A DNA stretch of 32,000 nucleotides from Pyrodictium abyssi (GTDB lineage: Archaea > Thermoproteota > Thermoprotei_A > Sulfolobales > Pyrodictiaceae). A model generated the notes under the pieces. That model did not search any database. It saw only the letters and a list, made by a program, of their open reading frames with translations, and was not told the DNA's origin. The translations under genes were made by a program, and so were the position numbers. Of the stretch, positions 8,293-16,246 are shown piece by piece. Position 1 is the stretch's first letter. The number at the start of each line of letters is the position of its first letter. The stretch is taken from assembly GCF_036323395.1 (NCBI RefSeq), contig NZ_AP028907.1, positions 1,380,001-1,412,000 of the forward strand. Direction: 5' to 3'.

Positions 8293-9645
8293 CTAACTAT
8301 TCTCTATTTCGGGGAAGTAGCGCGCTGCTATACGCAGCATCTCCTCGTCGCTCAGGGGCGTGTGGCGTCCACTCTCCTCGAACAGCCTCACTATCTCCCT
8401 GTATATCGCCTCGACCCGTGGGTCATCCTTGTCTATGGTCTCAGCTATCTTCTCTGGCAGCCGCGCACGCAGCCACATTACGACCGCCGCGCGGCCTCCA
8501 TAGGCTGTCACAGCTATGTCGGCTCTTCTCCCCACTATGCCTGGGTCGAACGGCAGGTACACCTCCGGGTTCTTCAGCAGACCGTCGATATGCACGCCAG
8601 CCTTTGTCCGGAACGCGTTACGGCCCACGACCGGCTGGTACTCTGGCACACTGTAGCCCATCTCCTCGAGCACCTCAACGACCCTTGGCAGTGCTTCTAG
8701 GTTCACGCGGTCGAGCCGCCCAGTGAGACCAACATAGTGGAGCAGCATTACCTCCAGCGGGCAGTTGCCAGCCCTCTCGCCTATACCTAGCAGGGTACAG
8801 TTGCTCATACCGGCTCCATGGAGCCAGGCTGCCAGATGGTTCGCCACTACTAGGCCTAGATCATTGTGGCCGTGGAACTCTATCTGCTCGGCTGCTAGCC
8901 CGGCCTCGCGTAGAGCCTCTATGAGCGCCGGTATCCCGCGCGGTGGCGCCACCTCAGGGAACGGTAGGCCCAGGCCGAGAGTATCCGCCACCTTTACGCG
9001 GAATGTTACACCGTACCGCTCGCTAAGGGCTATCAGCTTCTCTACGAATGGTAGTATGTTCTTCTCGAGACTCGCCCTCGTAGCATCCTCTAGCGTACAC
9101 CGCACAACTATGCCGCGTTTCATAGCCTCCTCGACTACCGTTAGGTATTTGTTGAAGGCCTTGTCCCTTGTCACGCCAAACTTGTAGTAGATGTGGTAGT
9201 CGCTTATACTAGTGAGTATAGTGGTCTCGTCGAGACCCGCCTCTATCACCAGCTTCAGGTCGTTCATGGTGGCCCTTATCCAGCCTATAGGCTTGGGGTA
9301 GTCAGCGCCATACTCCCTTATCCTCTTTACTAGCTCGCGGTCCCTCGGCGTGTAGAGGAAGAGTTCTGCTGACGCTATGGCTCCACGGCCGCCTAGCTCT
9401 ACCAGTAGCTCGTAGACCCTTAGTCCCTCCTGGACCGTTATCGGGCGCCAGCCCTGCTGACCGTCCCTCAGCGTGGTGTCGGTTACCACTATCTTCTCTG
9501 GCTCAAACCAGCGGGGTGCCTCCCCGTCGAACATTATCCGGGGAGGCGCCGTGTACGGAAACACGTCACGGTACAGCTCCAGCCCTGTTACGTCCGTAAA
9601 ACCGCACCACCCCCGTGTACCGGCAAGAGGAGGCAGAGGCAGCAT
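8293..9645 (-). CDS. HMGL/LeuA-superfamily acyltransferase; Re-citrate-synthase-like
   Basis: 450 aa; '[37 protein letters not shown]', '[43 protein letters not shown]', '[43 protein letters not shown]'. Superfamily certain; Re-citrate synthase subfamily inferred. Exact start uncertain. Confidence 0.85.
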   Translation of the reverse strand: [450 protein letters not shown]

Positions 9646-9990
9646 TACCCCTGCAAGGATGGGCTGCTAGCGGGTAGGCCGTGTAGTGCAAGGGGTGCTA
9701 ATAACTTGCCGGAGTTAGCGCCCGGACTAGTGATCGGTGGGACAAATGGGCTGAGACAGTTTCCGCACCAGAGGTGCGGGAGTCCGTACCTCGGTGCCCG
9801 CGGGTACACGGGATTTAACTCCTCTGTACATTATTGGATGCAGAATCCATCACATCCTCCATGTAGTAGGTGCTGTTTCTGTTACAGACTTGACCGCCTG
9901 GTGAACGGTTATGGGTACATGGCTTGACCTCTCTGTATATCTGCACAGTGCAATTGCTATGGAGGCTGTATACTGTTCACCGTCGGTAGA

Positions 9991-10134
9991 GTGCAGAAAG
10001 CGGTATACGTACTCCAGGAAAGTGCGCGGGAAGGCCTAGAGGATGCAGAGGAGGCTACGCTGTACTCAGCGGTTAAGGGATACGGGGCACGTGGCATGAG
10101 AGGACCACGAGAGTGGGAGGGGTGTGCCGGATAA
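9991..10134 (+). CDS. Possible 47 aa ORF in an otherwise unexplained gap
   Basis: GTG at 9991 to TAA at 10132: VQKAVYVLQESAREGLEDAEEATLYSAVKGYGARGMRGPREWEGCAG; reads protein-like but has no recognised family. Confidence 0.2.
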   Translation: MQKAVYVLQESAREGLEDAEEATLYSAVKGYGARGMRGPREWEGCAG

Positions 10135-10161
10135 ACCTTGTTGTGGTATAGGAAGCGGAGG

Positions 10162-12060
10162 CTAGTAGTAGTACCATATGCTCTTGTAGTCTTCTGGGTC
10201 TTCGCCGAAGACCTCCTGTAGCTTGTCGAGGTACATCTTTATCGACACTATGTCTGTGTATATGTATGGGTCTACTAGCTGTATGTTCTTCTCCCAGGGG
10301 TGCCAGAGGTATACGCGGCGCCCATCGGGCCGTATCATTATCAGCTCGTGGTCCTGGCCTGCGCGCAGATGGTTCTTACCGAGCCTCGGCACATTGAAGA
10401 CTGGCTCCTCGGTGCGGAAGCTGCCTGGCAGCAGGCGTGCCTCCTCCTTACGCTCCTGTAGCATCCTCGCCACCGGTACGAGGTAGTCCTTGGTCTCCCA
10501 CTTGCCCTTAGGGTAGAAGTTGTAGTAGGGGTCTATCCCGGCCTTCTTCAGCGCTATCCTCAGCGCTACTGTCTCGAAGCGGCGGCTCACCCAGAACGTG
10601 TATACCTGCTGGTTGTATATCATTAGGCCGTTGCGGCGCAGCTTAAACGCAGCCTCAGCTACCTCGGGCGTCACCTCGTATGCCGACTCGAAGTGCGTTG
10701 ATATGGTTACCACGCGCTTGCCTGGCTCTATGTAGCTGCCGAGCATCTCTGCGAGCTCGTCCGTTATCCTGAAGGGCACGGTCACGAGTATACGTGTGCC
10801 TATGCGTATCAGCTCTACATGGTCTAGCTCCGAGAGCCTCTTGATAATGTGCTCTATCGTGTCGTCGCTTAGTATCATTGGGTCGCCGCCGGTCACTAGT
10901 ACGTCGCGTATCTCCGGGTGCTCAGCGAACCAGTCTATGGCCTTGTCTATGAGCTTCTTTGTCGGTATACCCTCGGGGTCCATCGCTGTTACTATCTCCC
11001 AGTTACGCTGACAGTAGACACATATCTGCGGACACGTATTGGCGGCCTTCAATATCGCTACCATCGGGTAGCGGCGGGTTATGAGCGGATGCGGGCTGGT
11101 ATCGTGCTCGCCCATGAAGTCGAAGTAGTACTCGCGCTCCTCACGGTGCTCTATCATGGTCTTGACGTAGTGGAGCGGGGGCAGCACCTGGCGTCTTACC
11201 TGGTAATCCCGGCTCCACGGGGCGTCTAGGTCGAAGAGGTGTAGATAGTACGGGGTTACGCCGAAGGGCACCTTGTACTCTAGGGCATCAACTAGAGCTT
11301 TTACATCGTCCTCGTCGAGGCGTACTAGGTCCTGGAGTATCTTGATCCCGCGACGGCCCTTCAGCACGTTGCGGAAGTGCCAGCGGTAGTCCCTCCAGTC
11401 ATCCATGCTGCCGCCGAGGACCTCTAGTATTCGTTTCACGTTTTCCCTTCTCTTCTCAACCACCTTGGGGTCTAGCCCGCTAGGGTACCGCTTGAGATAT
11501 TCCTTAACCCTCTTGGCTAGCTCGTCTAGGTAGTTGCTCCTCGCTACTCCGGCCTCGCGGCCCTTTATTCTGTTGAAGTCTACCTGCTCGAGTCCCTCAG
11601 CGTACTTCGCAGGGTAGATGTCGGGCCTGCCGTTTATCGCCTTGAATAGGTGCTTGAACTCGTATACGAAGCCTTCGTCGACTTCTTTTGCTGCTGTCTG
11701 GCCGTCCTTAGCTAGGCGCCATAGGTGGTATAGGGCGCTGTAGCCTGTGAGCTTCTCGTTCCTCGGGGCTATAATGTTCTTGAACACGCGTATCGCGTCG
11801 CGGGCTACCGCCTCTATGAGTGGGTGGAGCTTGCGCTCGCCGTTGAGCAGGCTCCACTCGAGCTGGTTTAGGTATAGGAAGAGGCTGCGCCTAGCGTCCT
11901 CGAGGCTGCTGGACGTGAGAAGTATCTCCTTTATGTTAGGGTCCTCGCTCCACAGGAACTCGTCGAGGTTTATGTTGGTGGCCGGCTTCATTATCTGTAG
12001 TGGCACGTCCGTGCGGTGTATCCTGGCGTAATCGTACTGTTCCTGCATCAGCATCTGCAT
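10162..12060 (-). CDS. KamA-family radical SAM, PLP-type amino acid 2,3-aminomutase with long N-terminal extension
   Basis: 632 aa; Cx3Cx2C 'CPQICVYC' beginning at residue 343, 'VLVTGGDPMILSDDTIEHIIKRLSELDHVELIRIGTR', 'THFESAYEVTPEVAEAAFKLRRNGLMIYNQQVY'. Confidence 0.88.
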   Translation of the reverse strand: MQMLMQEQYDYARIHRTDVPLQIMKPATNINLDEFLWSEDPNIKEILLTSSSLEDARRSLFLYLNQLEWSLLNGERKLHPLIEAVARDAIRVFKNIIAPRNEKLTGYSALYHLWRLAKDGQTAAKEVDEGFVYEFKHLFKAINGRPDIYPAKYAEGLEQVDFNRIKGREAGVARSNYLDELAKRVKEYLKRYPSGLDPKVVEKRRENVKRILEVLGGSMDDWRDYRWHFRNVLKGRRGIKILQDLVRLDEDDVKALVDALEYKVPFGVTPYYLHLFDLDAPWSRDYQVRRQVLPPLHYVKTMIEHREEREYYFDFMGEHDTSPHPLITRRYPMVAILKAANTCPQICVYCQRNWEIVTAMDPEGIPTKKLIDKAIDWFAEHPEIRDVLVTGGDPMILSDDTIEHIIKRLSELDHVELIRIGTRILVTVPFRITDELAEMLGSYIEPGKRVVTISTHFESAYEVTPEVAEAAFKLRRNGLMIYNQQVYTFWVSRRFETVALRIALKKAGIDPYYNFYPKGKWETKDYLVPVARMLQERKEEARLLPGSFRTEEPVFNVPRLGKNHLRAGQDHELIMIRPDGRRVYLWHPWEKNIQLVDPYIYTDIVSIKMYLDKLQEVFGEDPEDYKSIWYYY

Positions 12061-12286
12061 ATCTATTGCACCCGTTACGGGCTCAAACTGCGTAGACTGG
12101 TAGCTTAAGTACTTGCCCCCACTCGTGGCAGAAGGTCTTCAACATACGCCACTACCATACCCAGTGGCATTGCGGCCGAGGCTACACCTTCAAGCACTTG
12201 CTAAGACGCGCCCCTGGAGCCCGGGGGTACCGCCAGTGAAGCTATTGGAGCCGCCGTCTACCCCTCCGGGTGGGCTGTAGCCCGCT

Positions 12287-13270
12287 ATGAGGCCGCAGCC
12301 AGGTATACGTGTAGAGAGCCTGAGCGTCAGCATTGACGGTAAACCAGTACTTGTCAACGTGGATTTCTCTCTAGAGGAAGGGAGCTACCTGGTAGTTCTC
12401 GGGCCGAGCGGCTCCGGTAAGACCACGCTACTGCGGACTATAGCCGGGCTCCTGGAGCCCGAGGAGGGGCGGATACTGGTCGGTGGACGCGATGTCACCA
12501 GGTCTCCTCCCTGGGAGAGAGGCGTAGCACTGGTACAGCAGCTGCCTGGCCTCCTCCCCCACCTGACTATCGAGGAGAACATAGTGCTTGCCGCCGAGAT
12601 GAGAGCTGGCCTCAGTAGGGAGGCTGCTAGGGCCGAGGCGTGGCGCCTAGCTAGGATGCTTGGGATAGAGCACGTCCTCAACCGTAGACCCGGGCAGTTG
12701 AGTGGAGGCCAGCTACAGAGGGCGGCGATAGCGGTAGCGCTCGCTACAAGGGCTAGAATACTGCTCCTCGATGAGCCTTTGAGCCACCTAGACAGGCCTC
12801 TTGCCGAGCAGCTTCGGGCTGAGCTGCTGAGGCTACACCAGGCTACTGGTGTCACGATAATCCACGTGACGCACGACCAGGACGAGGCGCTGGCGCTGGC
12901 AACGCACCTAGCAGTACTCATCGATGGCCGTGTAGAGGCGTTTGGGAGGACCCTAGATGTCTACTATAAGCCGCCGTCTAGACGTGTAGCCGTTTTCCTC
13001 GGCCACAATGTGGTAGAGGCGGGCAAGCTCGACCCTGGGCGTAGAGGAGTTTTAGCTGTACCACCTGAGGCCTTACACCTCACTGGGGATGGGGGGTATA
13101 GAGGCCTGCTACGGGGCATTGTCCGCGAGCGTGGAAGGATAATAGCTTTCATCGACACACCGGCTGGGACTATGAGGGCCTACGTACATCCCCGTGATGC
13201 AGAGTCTCTACAGCCTGGGAGCCATGTCCGGTTTGACGTGGATTGGCGGCTGGCCCACCACCTCCCATAG
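12287..13270 (+). CDS. ABC transporter ATP-binding protein (MalK/CysA/PotA-like, with C-terminal accessory domain)
   Basis: 327 aa; Walker A 'LGPSGSGKTTLLRTIAGL', signature 'LSGGQLQRAAIA', Walker B 'ILLLDEPLSHLD', 'THDQDEA'. Confidence 0.95.
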   Translation: MRPQPGIRVESLSVSIDGKPVLVNVDFSLEEGSYLVVLGPSGSGKTTLLRTIAGLLEPEEGRILVGGRDVTRSPPWERGVALVQQLPGLLPHLTIEENIVLAAEMRAGLSREAARAEAWRLARMLGIEHVLNRRPGQLSGGQLQRAAIAVALATRARILLLDEPLSHLDRPLAEQLRAELLRLHQATGVTIIHVTHDQDEALALATHLAVLIDGRVEAFGRTLDVYYKPPSRRVAVFLGHNVVEAGKLDPGRRGVLAVPPEALHLTGDGGYRGLLRGIVRERGRIIAFIDTPAGTMRAYVHPRDAESLQPGSHVRFDVDWRLAHHLP

Positions 13271-13298
13271 CATGTTTAATAGCAATGTATAGGTGTAA

Positions 13299-14189
13299 AT
13301 GCCTAGGTCTACTGGGGCTACGCGAGTGGCTGCGCATAAACGCTGGGTACAAGCCAGGTACATCGCATCGTTTCTGGCTTTGGTAGCTGCTGTTGCCACG
13401 TGTATACTCTACAACCACCTGGCTGCCAGCAGCAGGTACGGCGCAGACGAGACCCCCGCGCCTGCAGGCATGGAGTATGCTAACGGCTACTGCACGATGA
13501 CCAATCAAAGCCTCCACTGCAGCCTATACATAGTAGCCTATAGGGCGCTCCTCATGAAGACCATCAGTATAGGGCTAGGTGGTACTGCTACCAACGTCAC
13601 TATCCCTTGGGGAGGCATATGCATTCAAAGAGAGGCTTTCATAACAGTTGACGCTGGGATGCGCCGGAATAAGGCTGAAGGCTTGATCGCGGTCATGCCC
13701 TCGCCTGGAGCCGCTTTAGAGCTTGCATTCAACGCGTCTACACTACTAGACCTTGTAGGGAAGCTTAGCGGCCCACAGCTTCTGTCCACCTACACTATCC
13801 AAGTACCATCGGGGACAGCGTCCTCCATAGAGCTCAAAGGTGTAGCTCCGAGCACCAGCACAGCGTACTACCTCGCTGTCTCCCCCCTAGATTCCAGGCT
13901 TTATGGCGTGCTTCACGCTAAGCTGTTCATAGGGCAGGAGACCGTTGCGTGGGAACGCGCGGTAGACGGTCATATAGGCAGCTTTATCGTGCCTTTAGGC
14001 GGTGTAGCCGGCGTCAACGCTACCTCGGCGTATTCGCGCCTCATAATAGCCTATAGCTCGGGCGGCGGCATAGACTCTGCGGAGTTCACTGTTAGGCTGT
14101 ACTCCTCGGAGCCCCTGGTACTAGGCCTCATACTCGATGATGGGAGCATAGTTAGGGTGTCTATCCCCGTTATAAGTCTTGGCGGCTAG
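13299..14189 (+). CDS. Hypothetical membrane-anchored/exported protein
   Basis: 296 aa, one N-terminal hydrophobic helix ('YIASFLALVAAVATCILYNHLAA'), then an N/S/T-rich likely extracytoplasmic domain; 28 bp downstream of the ABC ATPase, same strand. Confidence 0.7.
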   Translation: MPRSTGATRVAAHKRWVQARYIASFLALVAAVATCILYNHLAASSRYGADETPAPAGMEYANGYCTMTNQSLHCSLYIVAYRALLMKTISIGLGGTATNVTIPWGGICIQREAFITVDAGMRRNKAEGLIAVMPSPGAALELAFNASTLLDLVGKLSGPQLLSTYTIQVPSGTASSIELKGVAPSTSTAYYLAVSPLDSRLYGVLHAKLFIGQETVAWERAVDGHIGSFIVPLGGVAGVNATSAYSRLIIAYSSGGGIDSAEFTVRLYSSEPLVLGLILDDGSIVRVSIPVISLGG

Positions 14190-14898
14190 ATGGCCTAGCG
14201 AGCCGCCATCCCACGTGGCACGACGCGAGCCCTAGTATAGAGCCTGCTACCACGTCTACGAGGTAGTGGTTCGCGGTGTAGAGCGTAGAGAAGGCCATCA
14301 GGACTACCCATGCAGCGCCGGGGACTACCCTGCCGCTCATCCGCCAATAATAGTACGCGAATATGGTGGCCATACAGACGTGCATACTAGGCATGGCTGC
14401 GAATGGATTAGGGTCTACACGGCTCCCCAGGATAGCCTCCGCCAGCTCTAGTAGAAGATTCGGCGGCCTCGATACACCGGGTATAGCTATCCATGGCGGG
14501 GCTGTCGGGTAGAGTGCATAGACCAGAGTGGCCACGGTACTGGCTATCACGAATGACGCGAGCAGGCTACGGAACAAGCCTACGCAGCGGTATAGAAGGT
14601 ATAGGGAGAATGCTAGGAAGTATAGCGGGTGGACCGCGTAGACTATGCCGGTGACTATGTCGAGCAGCTCATTCCGGTGAACAGACAGTATGACGGCGAG
14701 CGGCTCTCCAAAGAGCCTCCTCTCTATACCTACTAAGGGCTCATACACTATTACGCCTCTTAGCGCTAGCGCGGCGCTCCGCGCAAGCTCGTAGCCGGCG
14801 TACGCTGCCAGGAAGGGCACGATGCCCGTGACTGCTAGCGCGGCAGCGCCAGCCGGTCTACAGGTGCTAACACGCTCTAGCCGGAGGTCCGCGGACAC
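14170..14898 (-). CDS. PAP2-superfamily membrane phosphatase/transferase (AUR1-like)
   Basis: 242 aa multi-TM; 'YPTAPPWIAIPG', 'PSMHVCMATIFAYYYW', 'FSTLYTANHYLVDVVAG'. Confidence 0.85.
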   Translation of the reverse strand: MSADLRLERVSTCRPAGAAALAVTGIVPFLAAYAGYELARSAALALRGVIVYEPLVGIERRLFGEPLAVILSVHRNELLDIVTGIVYAVHPLYFLAFSLYLLYRCVGLFRSLLASFVIASTVATLVYALYPTAPPWIAIPGVSRPPNLLLELAEAILGSRVDPNPFAAMPSMHVCMATIFAYYYWRMSGRVVPGAAWVVLMAFSTLYTANHYLVDVVAGSILGLASCHVGWRLARPSSRQDL

Positions 14899-14981
14899 TG
14901 CTGCTTCGCCTCGGTCCCTCTGTGCGCTGCTGGCCCCTCTACGAAGCTATACAGCACGCCACATAGGGGTATCCCCACCCG

Positions 14982-16076
14982 CTACCAGCTGCCGGTATGC
15001 ATGTAGCTGGCCAGCGCGCTGTGGCTTATGGAGCCTAGGTCTAGGAAGCGTTGTGCAGCCCGCCATCCCGGGCCGAGTATCCGGCGCAGCTTTGCTAGGT
15101 CTAGCTCACCGCGGCTACGCGCCTCTATTATCATCCGGGCCCTCTTTGGCCCTATCCCCGGCACGCGCAGGAGCTCGTGCATGCTGGCTGTCTCGGGGTC
15201 TACCGGGAACCACTCGGGGTGTGCGAGTGCTAGTCGCTTCTTTAGCGGGAGGCTAGACGGCGGTATGTTCCCCTCGTCGTCCGTTAGGGGCTCGAAGTCA
15301 CGCGCTCTGAACCCGTAGTCACGTATGAGCGTCTCCGCCTCGTAGAGCTGGCGGCTCCTCCAGAGAGGCGTGGGCCTACTACGCACGCTGGCGAGGGGTG
15401 TGCCGGGAACCGGTGTATAGGGGCTGAAGTGCACACGGCCTACCCCGGACCCGGCTAGGTACTCCACAAGCATTATGACGTCCATGTCGCTCTCGCCGGA
15501 GGCCCCGAGCACGAGCTGTGTGTCTACGCGTCTAGGGTTCCGCGCTACGCGGGCTGCGTAGAGGAGGCGGCTCAGCAGGTCCAGGCTCCACCCGCCCTTG
15601 CTCGGCGCTATCTCGGCGAAGAAACCGGGCCCGGGAGCCTCGAGATTCAGGCCCACGCGGTCCGCTAGCCGAAGTGCTTCGCGGACTAGCCAGAGCGGGG
15701 TCCCCGGCATAAGGCGTAAGTGTATGTAGCCACGGTAGCCGCGGCGGCGTAGCTCCTCCGCTACTTCTACTATGTCTAGGCTGACGCGCTCGGGGTCGCC
15801 GTAGAGCCCGCTGCTGAGGAAGAGGCCGCGGACGAGGCCCCGGCGGTACGCTTCGAGGAAGACGCGGACGAGCTTGTCGCGGCGCCATGCCTCCCGCTGG
15901 GCTCTCACGCCCCTGGCGAAGGGGCAGTACCGGCAGTCCATGCGGCACCCGCTGCTCAGAAGGGTCTTGAATAGGGGGCCGCCCGTGCTACAGTAGACGG
16001 GTATCTCTACACGCTCGAAGCGCTCAGCGCCCTCCAGGAGTATGCTAGGGTTTCTCCACTTCCAGCTCCACGCCAT
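14982..16076 (-). CDS. Radical SAM protein with C-terminal helix-hairpin-helix (putative DNA modification/repair type, TIGR03916-like)
   Basis: 364 aa; 'CRMDCRYCPFAR' (Cx3Cx2C), C-terminal 'MHELLRVPGIGPKRARMIIEARSRGELDLAKLRRILG' HhH. Confidence 0.85.
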   Translation of the reverse strand: MAWSWKWRNPSILLEGAERFERVEIPVYCSTGGPLFKTLLSSGCRMDCRYCPFARGVRAQREAWRRDKLVRVFLEAYRRGLVRGLFLSSGLYGDPERVSLDIVEVAEELRRRGYRGYIHLRLMPGTPLWLVREALRLADRVGLNLEAPGPGFFAEIAPSKGGWSLDLLSRLLYAARVARNPRRVDTQLVLGASGESDMDVIMLVEYLAGSGVGRVHFSPYTPVPGTPLASVRSRPTPLWRSRQLYEAETLIRDYGFRARDFEPLTDDEGNIPPSSLPLKKRLALAHPEWFPVDPETASMHELLRVPGIGPKRARMIIEARSRGELDLAKLRRILGPGWRAAQRFLDLGSISHSALASYMHTGSW

Positions 16077-16246
16077 AGGCCTCCGAGGCCCCAGGGAAGG
16101 ATCCGGCCCGGTATTACCTTATAGCGGAGACCGCAGAGGAATACCGCCACGCCACCTCAGGCTCAAGGATTAGTACGAGAAGGACTAGAGAAAGAGGAGC
16201 AGTACCCGGCATAGTCCCTGCCGCTATACACGGCTTGTGGGGAGCC

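Noticed and set aside
9706-9927. 73-aa plus ORF in the intergenic gap upstream of the citrate-synthase-like gene
   Set aside because: Irregular composition, no motif; not supported as coding although the gap itself is reported.
15532-15948. 138-aa minus ORF within the radical SAM gene
   Set aside because: Out-of-frame shadow ORF of the radical SAM + HhH protein, Pro/Arg-rich.
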